From positions 1,116,629-1,148,628 of the forward strand of contig NC_000909.1 in the NCBI RefSeq assembly GCF_000091665.1: a stretch of 32,000 nt of DNA, given 5' to 3'. The DNA comes from Methanocaldococcus jannaschii DSM 2661 (GTDB lineage: Archaea; AGJL01; Methanococci; Methanococcales; Methanocaldococcaceae). The notes below the pieces were generated by a model. It made no database searches. It saw nothing but the letters and a program-made list of their open reading frames with translations, and had not been told where the DNA came from. Both the position numbers and the translations under genes were made by a program. Shown one piece after another: positions 11,426 to 20,723 of the stretch (within the stretch, counting starts at the first letter, position 1; the number at the start of each line of letters is the position of its first letter).

Positions 11426-12277
11426 TTATTTTTTCAATTCTTCAACTCTATCTTTATAATATAACGCAATAGCCCTTTTTGCGAATACTGCTGTGTAGAA
11501 TCCAACAAAGGCAGAAATTACTGCTGATATCACATCAACAATCGTCTCTGAAGAGGAGAAAGTAGAATATCTTGCTGGAGATATAGCAAAGATTTTTAAT
11601 AAAATAAATGGAAGTTGCACAACAAAATTTATCACTATGACTATAACTCCAACAATTATAAGCAATATTATATAATTTAAATTTATCATTCTAAATATTT
11701 CTTTAAACTCAAAAAATCCAGAAAATCCTTTTACAGAGTAATTCACCTCTGCTAATCCTTCATATATCAAAAGTGCAATTGTCGATACAAACAAAAGTAA
11801 AAATCCAATTCCTATAAAAACAATTCCCACTAAAGGCAAAAATATTAAAAATACTCCAAATATAATAAACAAAATTGGAACAATCATAAAGATTATTGAG
11901 AGTATAATATTCCCAATCCAGTATAAAAAACCTCTTTTAAGTAACTCAGCAATATCATCCCAATCAGGGAGGACATCATAATTTTCAACAGTAGTTTTCA
12001 TTACTCTAACATAGTAACCATCAAGTATGAAACCTATAATTAACGCAATTAAAAACCCAAAACTTGCAACAATTAGAGAGGTTAATAAAATATTATTGTC
12101 CAATCCAACAACATCATTAGGATTAATATTGTGTATTAATAGAATAGACAAGATAATTCCAAATATTGCTCCAATAGCTCCAGAGGTTGATGATAACAAT
12201 CCTCCGACTATTCCTTTTTTAACATCTGAAAGCACATAATAAAATGCATCTTTTAAATAATACTCAAGTTTTTTCAT
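11426..12277 (-). CDS. Multi-pass membrane protein, DUF4013-like
   Basis: 283 aa with several long hydrophobic segments; MKKLEYYLKDAFYYVLSDVKKGIVGGLLS resembles methanogen DUF4013 proteins. Confidence 0.6.
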   Translation of the reverse strand: MKKLEYYLKDAFYYVLSDVKKGIVGGLLSSTSGAIGAIFGIILSILLIHNINPNDVVGLDNNILLTSLIVASFGFLIALIIGFILDGYYVRVMKTTVENYDVLPDWDDIAELLKRGFLYWIGNIILSIIFMIVPILFIIFGVFLIFLPLVGIVFIGIGFLLLFVSTIALLIYEGLAEVNYSVKGFSGFFEFKEIFRMINLNYIILLIIVGVIVIVINFVVQLPFILLKIFAISPARYSTFSSSETIVDVISAVISAFVGFYTAVFAKRAIALYYKDRVEELKK

Positions 12278-12498
12278 TTTAACCCCTCAGTTTTTAGCAG
12301 TATTTTAATTTCTAAATTTTATTATAGAAATTTTTAGAATTTTATTCCAATTATTAGTTTGTTGTTATTTTGATTTATTTAAACCTTATGGACATATAAT
12401 TATATTTAATCCATATATTTAAATTTATCAATAAAAATAGTAAATAAAAAATCTGTGTGGGGGAGGGGTGTTTAACTGTAAATTTTGTTAATCTACTG

Positions 12499-12566
12499 GA
12501 GCCGGCTCCTTATGGCGCGGGTTATCAGCGGTGAGGTGGGGGGCTCACCACTATCCCACCCGCGCC
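12499..12566 (+). ncRNA. Candidate structured RNA, GC-rich island in an AT-rich intergenic region; strand uncertain
   Basis: Palindrome ggagccggctcc (12499-12510), then a 9-bp perfect stem ggcgcgggt (12514-12522) / acccgcgcc (12558-12566) enclosing ggtgag (12530-12535) / ctcacc (12544-12549). Confidence 0.5.
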
Positions 12567-12756
12567 AACTTGTTATTACAAACTTTACCTATATAAACTT
12601 TTCGATACAAAAAATTTTAATTAAATTAAAGCGTTCTTAAATTAAATATGACTATTAGATTGTTTAATAACTTCCATTAGCCAGTTTAAGAATATATATT
12701 TTTATAGTTATCCTCCTAATTAATTGATTGTGATTTCTATTCTTGGAGGTGAATCT

Positions 12757-14730
12757 ATGTCCCCAAGAGTTGGGGTATTTGTCTGTTACTGTGGAGCGAA
12801 CATCAACGGTGTTGTTGATTGTGAAGCAGTAAGAGATTTTGCTGAAAAATTAGACGGAGTTGTTGTAGCAAAGACCTATCCTTTTATGTGTGCTGACCCA
12901 GGACAAAACTTGATTAAAGAAGCAATAAAGGAATATAATCTTGATAGAGTCGTTGTCGCGGCATGCACACCAAAAATTCACGAGCCTACTTTTAGAAATT
13001 GTATAAAAGAAGCAGGTTTATCTCCATATTACTTGGAGTTTGTCAATATTAGGGAGCACTGTTCATTTGTTCATATGAATGATAGAGAAAAAGCAACTAA
13101 AAAAGCAATGGAGTTAGTTGCAGGGGCTGTTGAAAGAGCTAAGAGATTAGAAGACGTTCCACAAAAAATTGTAGAAGTTGATAAATCTTGCTTAATCATT
13201 GGAGGAGGTATCGCTGGAATTCAGGCAGCTCTTGACTTAGGAGACCAAGGTTATAAAGTTTATTTAGTTGAGAAGGAGCCATCAATTGGAGGTAGGATGG
13301 CTCAGCTTGCTAAGACATTCCCAACTGATGACTGTGCGCTGTGAATTTTGGCCCCAAAGATGGTTAGCGTTGCAAACCACCCCAATGTTGAACTCATCAC
13401 CTATGCTGAAGTTAAAAATGTCGAAGGATTTATTGGAAACTTTGAAGTCACAATAGAGAAAAAACCAAGATACGTTGATGAAAACATCTGTACCGGATGT
13501 GGAGCCTGTGCTGCTGTATGTCCAATTGAAGTGCCAAACGAATTTGACTTAGGTTTAGGAACAAGAAAAGCCATCTATGTCCCATTCGCACAGGCAGTTC
13601 CTCTTGTCTATACAATCGATATGGACCACTGTATAAGATGTGGCTTATGTGAAAAAGCTTGTGGTCCAGGAGCTATAAGATACGACCAAAAACCTGAAGA
13701 GATTAAGTTAAAGGTTGGAACAATCATCTGTGCAGTTGGTTATGATGAATTTGATGCTACATTGAAAGAAGAGTATGGTTATGGAGTCTATGACAACGTC
13801 ATAACAACATTAGAATTAGAAAGAATGATTAACCCAGCAGGACCAACAGGAGGGCATGAAATAAGACCAAGTGATGGAAAGCACCCACACAGAGTTGTAT
13901 TCATACAGTGTGTTGGTTCAAGAGATGCAAAGGTTGGAAAGCACTACTGTTCAAGAATCTGTTGTATGTTTGCTTTGAAGAATGCTCAATTAATTAAACA
14001 GCACGACCCAAGCACTGAAGTTTATATCTGCTACATGGATATCAGGTCTTTTGGTAAAGGTTACGAAGAGTATTACAGAAGAGCTCAGGAGCAGTTTGGA
14101 GTTAAGTTCATTAGAGGAAGGCCAGCTTGCATAATGGAAGATCCAGAGACAAAGAACTTGATTGTTAGAGTAGAAGATACATTATTGGGAGAGATTGTAG
14201 AAATTGAAGCAGATTTAGTTGTATTGTCAGCAGGATTGTCACCAAGACCAGACAATCCAAAATTGGCTAAGATGCTTGGTTTAGAGCTCAGTCCAGATGG
14301 ATTCTTCAAGGAGTTGCATCCAAAGTTAGCTCCAGTTAATACAAAGGTCGATGGTATAGCAATTGCAGGAGTTGCTCAGGGACCAAAAGACATTCCAGAT
14401 ACCGTAGCTCAGGCTAAAGGGGCCGCAAGTGCTGTTTCAATACCAATGGCACAAGGACAGTTTAGAATAGAGATGATAAGGGCAGTTGTTGATGAAGATG
14501 TCTGTGGAGGATGCCAAGTTTGTGCTAAGATGTGTCCATACAATGCTATAACCTATGTTGAAAAAGATGGACACTTAGTAGCTCAAGTCAATGACGTTGC
14601 ATGTAAGGGATGCGGTTCATGTGCTGGAGCATGTCCAAGTGGAGCAATGCAGTTGAGATACTATAGAGATGAGCAAATAATTTCATTCATTGATGGAGTA
14701 TTAGAAGCTCACCAAAAATTAGAAAGTTAA
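12757..14730 (+). CDS. hdrA: Heterodisulfide reductase subunit A with selenocysteine; UGA recoded at 13342-13344
   Basis: The two ORFs join in the same frame across TGA: ...[35 protein letters not shown] motif [30 protein letters not shown] and several CxxCxxCxxxC clusters. RBS GGAGGTGA before ATG 12757. Confidence 0.95.
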
Positions 14731-14832
14731 AAAATAATTAAAAAGCACAAGCTCTACATTCTAATAAAAATCTCAAAAATATAACGGCGTAGGTTATGAG
14801 CTCAACATTGGGGGCAGACAAAACCAGATGAG

Positions 14833-14863
14833 GCACCACTCGAAGGCAATGCCAAAGTGGTGC
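14833..14863 (+). promoter_or_regulatory. SECIS element of hdrA (3' UTR)
   Basis: GCACCACT c GAA GGC aat GCC aa AGTGGTGC. This matches the archaeal SECIS core with a slight deviation at the stem/internal-loop boundary. Confidence 0.8.
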
Positions 14864-14962
14864 TGATGGAGAGGGTAAGTGCCCTCATCCAAATTAAATT
14901 ATAAATTTAATTCTCATGTTGTTATCGAGTTTATAAAATTAATAATATATAGGGGGATTAGT

Positions 14963-15367
14963 ATGGATCCAGTAATAATTGCATTTTGTTGCTATCAGTG
15001 AGGATATGGGGCTGCTGACTTGGCAGGGACAAGTAGAATGCAATACCCTGCAACCGTAAGAATCGTAAGGCTCCCTTGTACCGGTAAATTCGATATTACC
15101 TACGCTTTAAGGGCTTTCCAAAAGGGAGCCGATGCGGTTATGGTTGTAGGGTGAAAGAAAGGAGAGTGTGCCTACGAAACAGGTAACTTAAAGGCTGAGG
15201 AGAGGGTTAGGTTCGCTAAACAATTATTAGATGAATTAGGAATTGGCGGAGACAGAATTGACATGTTTTTCATGTCTGCCGCTGAGGCAGATAAATTCGT
15301 CTCCGCCGTTAATGAAATGACTGCAAGAGTTGAAAAACTCGGACCTAACCCTCTCAAAGCTCAGTAA
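14963..15367 (+). CDS. vhuD: F420-non-reducing hydrogenase iron-sulfur subunit D with two selenocysteines (UGA 14999-15001 and 15152-15154)
   Basis: Manual translation: MDPVIIAFCCYQ-U-GYGAADLAGTSRMQYPATVRIVRLPCTGKFDITYALRAFQKGADAVMVVG-U-KKGECAYETGNLKAEERVRFAKQLLDELGIGGDRIDMFFMSAAEADKFVSAVNEMTARVEKLGPNPLKAQ*. Missing from the ORF track. Confidence 0.94.
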
Positions 15368-15388
15368 AGCCGGAGATTAAAGGGATGA

Positions 15389-15423
15389 GTTCTCTCGGGA
15401 ACCCGTCAAGGGACCGAGAGAAC
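15389..15423 (+). promoter_or_regulatory. SECIS element of vhuD
   Basis: GTTCTCTCGG-GAA-CCC-gtcaa-GGG-A-CCGAGAGAAC; perfect archaeal SECIS core. Confidence 0.92.
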
Positions 15424-15490
15424 AACCGCCCCATAAGTAAGGGGTTCTCCGGCATTGCAAAACTAATTTAAACTTTTTAGGGTGATTACC

Positions 15491-16348
15491 TTGGCAGTTA
15501 AGGTAGGGATGATACAACTGTGTGGATGTTCTGGATGCCACATATCCCTATTAGACTTACATGACAAGTTATTGGAAGTTTTACCAAATTTAGAGATTGT
15601 TTATGCCCCTATAATTGCAGACCCTAAGGAGATTCCTGAGGGTATAGATGTATTTTTAGTTGAGGGAGGAATTAGGAATGAGCACGATGAGCACTTAATT
15701 CATGAAATAAGAGAGAAATCAAAGATTGTCATTGCATGGGGAACTTGTGCCGCTTATGGAGGGATTCCAGGTTTAGGAAATCTATACAAAAAAGAAGAAT
15801 TACTAAATTATGTCTACTCAACCGACTCAACAGAAAATAAAGGAGAAATACCTTCAGAAGAAATTCCACCACTTGAAGAGTATGTTAAACCAATAAAGGA
15901 CTTCATAAAAGTAGATTATACAATACCAGGATGTCCTCCAACACCAAAAATGATCGCAGATGCAATTATAGCACTACTAAATGGAGAAGAACCAAAATTA
16001 CCAACAAAGATCGTATGTGATGAATGTCCAAGAAAAAAAGAGAATGTATTTCCAGAAACATTTAAAAGAACCCATGAAGGAAGACCAGACCCAGAAAGAT
16101 GCTTATTTGAGCAAGGATACACTTGCTTAGGATTTGCTACAAGAGCAGGTTGTGGAGCAAAATGTCCAAGTGCAGGAGTTCCATGTAGAGGTTGTTTCGG
16201 TAAAACAGATAAATCATTAGACTTAGGAGCTAACGCAGCTAATGTATTGGCTAACGCTGGAGAGGCAGCTTTGGAGATTCCAGATAAGGTAGCTTTATTG
16301 AACAGATTCACACTACCAGATGCTTTAATCAACAGAAAGGCAAAATAA
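15491..16348 (+). CDS. vhuG: F420-non-reducing hydrogenase small subunit
   Basis: VGMIQLCGCSGCHISLLDLHDKLLEVLPNLEIVYAPI...TCAAYGGIPGL...PGCPPTPK. The track uses GTG 15482; TTG 15491 after GGTGAT is the likelier start. Confidence 0.92.
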   Translation: MAVKVGMIQLCGCSGCHISLLDLHDKLLEVLPNLEIVYAPIIADPKEIPEGIDVFLVEGGIRNEHDEHLIHEIREKSKIVIAWGTCAAYGGIPGLGNLYKKEELLNYVYSTDSTENKGEIPSEEIPPLEEYVKPIKDFIKVDYTIPGCPPTPKMIADAIIALLNGEEPKLPTKIVCDECPRKKENVFPETFKRTHEGRPDPERCLFEQGYTCLGFATRAGCGAKCPSAGVPCRGCFGKTDKSLDLGANAANVLANAGEAALEIPDKVALLNRFTLPDALINRKAK

Positions 16349-16381
16349 ATTAAGCATAAATAATAAAATAAGGGTGAATTT

Positions 16382-17638
16382 ATGGGGAAGATAGTAATTG
16401 AGCCCCTATCAAGATTAGAAGGGCATGGTAAAGTTACAATAACCTTAGATGAAAATGGAAAACCTAAGGATGTTAAGTTGCATATAACTGCATTGAGAGG
16501 ATTTGAGCAGTTCGTTGTTGGAAGACCTGCTGAAGAAGTTCCAAGAATTGTCCCAAGAATCTGTGGTATCTGCCAAACAGCCCACCACTTAGCAAGTGTT
16601 AAGGCAATTGATGCCGCTTGGGGTGTAGAGATTCCAGAACCAGCTAAGAAATTGAGAGAGTTAATGCACATAGGAAATATGATTCATAGCCATGCATTGC
16701 ACTTTTACTTCTTAGCAGCTCCTGACTTTGTTCTTGGTCCAGATGCAGACCCAGCAATAAGAAACATTGTGGGAGTTATAGATAAAGCTCCAGACGTTGC
16801 TAAGCAAGCTATCGCCTTAAGAAAGTTTGGGCAAAAGATTGTTGAAGCAGTTGGAGGAAAAGCTATTCATCCAGTTACTGGAATTCCTGGTGGGCAAGCA
16901 AAGAGATTAACTGAAGAAGAAAGAGATGAGTTATTAAAAGATGCTGACCAGATGATAGAATACGCTAAAAATGGTGTTGAGCTTATAAAACAATTAAATG
17001 AGCAATATATGGAACAGATAAAGACATTAGGAGTTATTGACACCTATTATTTAGGTTTGGTTAAAGATGGAAAACATAACTTCTATGACGATACCTTAAG
17101 ATTCTTATCTCCAGATGGAAAAGAAAAAGTTGAGTTTAAACCGGAAGAATACTTGAACTATATTGGGGAATATGTAGTTCCATACAACTATGTAAAACAC
17201 CCTTACTACAAAAAAGTCGGTTATCCTGAAGGAGTTTATAGGGTTGGGCCATTAGCGATGCTAAACGTTTGTGATGAAATGGAGACCCCGCTTGCAGAAG
17301 AATACAGAAAAGAATTTTTAGAGATCTTTGGATTTCCAGCAAATCAGTCATTGGCATATAATCATGCAAGGTTGATTGAGTTAGTTGAAGCATGTGAAAA
17401 GGCAAAAATATTATTGGAAGATAATGATATTACATCAGATGACATTAAGGCAGATGTTGAACCAAAGGCTGGAAATGGTGTTGGAGTAGTTTATGCTCCA
17501 AGAGGAGTTTTAATTCACAACTATGAAACAGATGAGAATGGAATCGTTGTTAAGGCAAACATGATTGTCGCTACAACACACAACGTTCCAACAATGGAAA
17601 AGGCTATCCAACAGGCAGCTCAAGTAATCTTCAAATAA
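16382..17638 (+). CDS. vhuA: F420-non-reducing hydrogenase large subunit, lacking the C-terminal DPCxxC segment
   Basis: VIEPLSRLEGHGKVTI, RICGICQTAHHLASVKA, FPANQSLAYNHARLIELVEAC. It ends at ...KAIQQAAQVIFK. Confidence 0.94.
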   Translation: MGKIVIEPLSRLEGHGKVTITLDENGKPKDVKLHITALRGFEQFVVGRPAEEVPRIVPRICGICQTAHHLASVKAIDAAWGVEIPEPAKKLRELMHIGNMIHSHALHFYFLAAPDFVLGPDADPAIRNIVGVIDKAPDVAKQAIALRKFGQKIVEAVGGKAIHPVTGIPGGQAKRLTEEERDELLKDADQMIEYAKNGVELIKQLNEQYMEQIKTLGVIDTYYLGLVKDGKHNFYDDTLRFLSPDGKEKVEFKPEEYLNYIGEYVVPYNYVKHPYYKKVGYPEGVYRVGPLAMLNVCDEMETPLAEEYRKEFLEIFGFPANQSLAYNHARLIELVEACEKAKILLEDNDITSDDIKADVEPKAGNGVGVVYAPRGVLIHNYETDENGIVVKANMIVATTHNVPTMEKAIQQAAQVIFK

Positions 17639-17700
17639 ATAAATTTTTGTAAAGAAAATCAATTATGATTATCTAATCATTTATGGTTATGGTGATAAAC

Positions 17701-17853
17701 ATGGCTGAGAAAAGCACAGTTAAAGTTGATGAAGTAAAATTAAACTTAATAGAAATGGTATTAAGAGCTTACGACCCTTGATACTCATGTGCCGCCCACA
17801 TAATAGTTAAAGATGAAAAAGGAAACAAAATTATTGAGGTTATTAAAGAATAA
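17701..17853 (+). CDS. vhuU: Hydrogenase selenocysteine micro-subunit; UGA at 17779-17781
   Basis: Manual translation: [50 protein letters not shown]. It supplies the C-terminal NiFe ligand motif missing from VhuA. Not in the ORF track. Confidence 0.95.
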
Positions 17854-17887
17854 GCTCACAACCGAACCCATTTGGGAGGTTGTGAGC
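17854..17887 (+). promoter_or_regulatory. SECIS element of vhuU
   Basis: gCTCACAACC-GAA-CCC-attt-GGG-A-GGTTGTGAGc, starting immediately after the stop codon. Confidence 0.93.
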
Positions 17888-17912
17888 TCTCTCCCTCTAT
17901 GCAGGGGGAATT

Positions 17913-17941
17913 CGCTAAAATCCTTTTTTGGGATTTTAGCG
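17913..17941 (+). promoter_or_regulatory. Perfect 11-bp hairpin between the vhuU SECIS and vhuB
   Basis: CGCTAAAATCC (17913-17923), loop ttttttg, GGATTTTAGCG (17931-17941); vhuB starts about 16-25 nt downstream. Confidence 0.55.
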
Positions 17942-17966
17942 TATAATTTTTAGGAGGATGAGATTA

Positions 17967-19142
17967 ATGAGCATAACAATTCAAAAAGATGCTTGTTTAG
18001 TCTGTTATGCGTGTCAGGCGGAGTGTCCTACCAAAGCAATAGATATAGATAGTTTTAAAGTATGCAACTTATGCATGGAGTGTGTTAAAGTCTGCCCAAC
18101 GGGAGCTTTGGTGGAGGAGGAGATTGAAGTTAATGGGAAGAAGTTGAAGAGGGTTAATTATTTAGCTCATAAGTGTGAGAAATGTGGGCAGTGTGCTGAG
18201 GCTTGTCCTATTGGCATAAAAAAGGTTGATGATGATTTCCCTTACTCAAAGGGGCATTGTGTCCTCTGTCAAAAGTGTATTGACGTGTGTCCAATAGAGA
18301 TCATTTCATTACCTGGAGTTATTGATAAGCCTAAGAAGGAAATAAAGCCACCAAAAGAACCGATAGCAGTTACTGATGCTTGTGTTGGTTGTGGAATTTG
18401 TGTTCCTGAATGTCCAGTTAATGCAATAACCTTAGAGAATAATAAAGCAGTCATCGATAAGAGTAAGTGTATTTACTGCAGTATTTGTGCCCAAACATGT
18501 CCATGGAATGCTATATTTGTAGCTGGGAAAATACCTAAGAAGAGGAGGAAGGAAGTTAAGAAGTTTGAAGTTAATGCAGAGAAGTGTATTTATTGTCTAA
18601 AGTGTGTTGAAGTCTGTCCGGGAGATATGATTAAGGTTGATGAGGAAAACTTAATCGTTATTCCACCAAAATCATGCCCAGCTTGTAAGCTCTGTGTTAA
18701 TATCTGTCCAGTCGATGCTTTAGATTTAGAGGTTAAACTAAGCTCACCACACCCAATAACTGATGAGGGCTTGGTTATTGTTGAGGAGGACTTTGAGGTT
18801 TTGAAAAAATGTGCTTCAGTCTGTCCAACTGAAGCAATTGTAGTTGATGAGGAGAAGAAGGAAGTAAGAATGTGTATCGTCTGTGGAGCTTGTACTGTAG
18901 CCTGTCCAACAGGAGCTTTAAAGCTTGGTAAGATAGAACATAATGGTAAGGAATACAACAGAATTGAATTCAGCCCTTACTTATGTGATAAGTGTGGCAA
19001 ATGTGTAGAAGTCTGCCCAATGAAGACATTAAGATTATCAAGAGGCAAATTACCATTGAAAGGATACTGTGTAATGTGCTTACTCTGCTTAAGTGTAGCT
19101 GAAAAAGAAAAGAAAGGAAAAAAGGTTTTGGAGTTAAGATAA
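17967..19142 (+). CDS. vhuB: Polyferredoxin
   Basis: Many CxxCxxCxxxCP ferredoxin motifs in tandem. The track start is ATG 17958; ATG 17967 is better placed relative to AGGAGGATGAGA. Confidence 0.93.
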
Positions 19143-19165
19143 ATTAAAAAAGGGGTGAATCCCTT

Positions 19166-20473
19166 ATGGTAAAAGTTGTTAGAAATGTTGTCTGTCCGTT
19201 CTGTGGGACATTATGTGATGACTTAGAGATTTTAGTTGAAGATAACCACATAGTTGGAACAAGACATGCGTGTAGAATTGGAAATGCCAAGTTTATGCAC
19301 TTTGAGGGAGCTGTAAGATATACAGAGCCTTTAATGAGAGAAAACAAGAAAGATGATTTCAAAAAAGTTGATTATGAAACTGCAATTGAAGAAACAGCAA
19401 GATTATTAACTGAGGCTACTTTACCTCTAATTTATGGATGGAGTGCTACTGAATGTCATGCACATATGTACGGGGTTGAGTTGGCTGAATTAGTTGGGGC
19501 AGTTATTGACAACACTGCAAGTGTTTGACACGGACCTTCACTTTTAGCTGTGCAGGATGTAGGATACCCCGTCTGTACCTTAGGAGAAGTTAAAAACAGA
19601 GCTGATGTTATCATCTTCTGGGGTTCAAACCCAATGCACGCCCACCCAAGGCATATGAGTAGATATTCAGTCTTTGCAAGAGGGTTTTTCAGAGAGAGGG
19701 GAAGAGAGGATAGGACTTTGATTGTTGTTGACCCAAGAGAGACTGATACTGCAAAGTTGGCAGATATTCATTTACAAGTAGAGCCACATAAAGATTATGA
19801 ATTAGTTAGTGCAATGAGGGCTGTGTTGAAGGGCTTTGAGTTACAAGTAGATAAAGTTGCTGGAGTTCCAGCTGATTTGATATATGAAGCAGTTGAAGTT
19901 TGTAAAAATGCCCAATTTGGAGAGTTGTTTTTCGCTATGGGAGTAACGATGACAAGAGGTAAGCATAGAAACATTGACAATGCTATCCAGTTGGTTATTG
20001 ACTTAAACGCATACACAAAATTCGGATTAATGCCAATGAGAGGACACTACAACGTCAATGGATTCAACCAAGTCTTGACATGGGTTACAGGTTATCCATT
20101 TGGTGTTGATTTCTCAAGAGGTTATCCAAGATACAACCCAGGAGAGACAACAGCTAACGACTTGTTGCAAAGAGGAGAAACTGATATGATGTTGAACATC
20201 GCTTCAGATCCTGGAGCACACTTCCCACAAAAAGCTGTACAGCACATGGCAAAGATACCATTGGTTTGTATTGACCCACACGAAACACCAACAACTCAAT
20301 TGGCAAACATCATCATTCCACCAGCAATCGCTGGAGTTGAGGTTGAAGGAACTGCCTATAGAATGGATGGGGTTCCAATTCAGTTGAGGAAGGTTATTGA
20401 TCCACCAGAAGGAGTCTTACCAGATAGAGAAATATTGAAGATACTCATTAAGAAAGTTAAAGAGATGCTCTAA
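19166..20473 (+). CDS. fwdB: Tungsten formylmethanofuran dehydrogenase subunit B with selenocysteine; UGA at 19526-19528
   Basis: The two ORFs join in the same frame: ...[58 protein letters not shown]-terminal [13 protein letters not shown]. Confidence 0.94.
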
Positions 20474-20523
20474 AAATTCTAATAAGAAAAGTATAAATAT
20501 TAGATTTGCATGTAATGAGATAT

Positions 20524-20584
20524 TGGGGTGGGCGTGCAACGCTAACCATCTTTGGGGTATCCTACATCCTGCGTTACACGTCGT
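20524..20584 (+). other. GC-rich potentially structured segment between the fwdB stop and its SECIS
   Basis: ggggtgggcgtgcaacgctaaccatctttggggtatcctacatcctgcgttacacgtcgt. It contains local hairpin gcgt-gca-acgc and a possible gtgcaacgc / gcgttacac helix with one mismatch, in an otherwise very AT-rich spacer. Confidence 0.4.
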
Positions 20585-20620
20585 ATGTTGGAGGGGAACC
20601 CGTAAGGGACCCTCCAACAT
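20585..20620 (+). promoter_or_regulatory. SECIS element of fwdB
   Basis: ATGTTGGAGGG-GAA-CCC-gtaa-GGG-A-CCCTCCAACAT; perfect core match. Confidence 0.93.
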
Positions 20621-20723
20621 TTTATTATTTTGGAGATTTTAATTAGTTTATTTGAATTCATAAATTAAATTTTATAAAATAAAAAATAATTTTATTTTTA
20701 TATTAATTTATAAGGAGATGAAA

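Noticed and set aside
12499-12566. Tempting to call this GC-rich hairpin a 5' SECIS of hdrA
   Set aside because: It lacks the GAA/A internal loop and CCC..GGG apical stem. A convincing SECIS candidate exists downstream at 14833-14863.
12710-12750. CCTCC upstream complementary to the hdrA ribosome-binding site, resembling the L7Ae case
   Set aside because: The predicted TATA box at about 12691-12705 would place the transcription start near or after the CCTCC, so it is probably not in the mRNA leader.
14840-14900. Possible C/D box sRNA (gatgag ... ctga-like motifs) around the hdrA SECIS
   Set aside because: The boxes are imperfect and the spacing does not fit; the SECIS explanation is stronger.
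13268-20620. Additional ORFs in other frames and antisense inside the sel/hdr/vhu region (e.g. 13268..13456, 14085..14309, 15172..15357, 15916..16671, 17136..17405, 18269..18454, 18590..18958, 19795..20016)
   Set aside because: They are fully inside strongly conserved genes, have no family similarity that I recognise, and look like low-complexity shadow translations.
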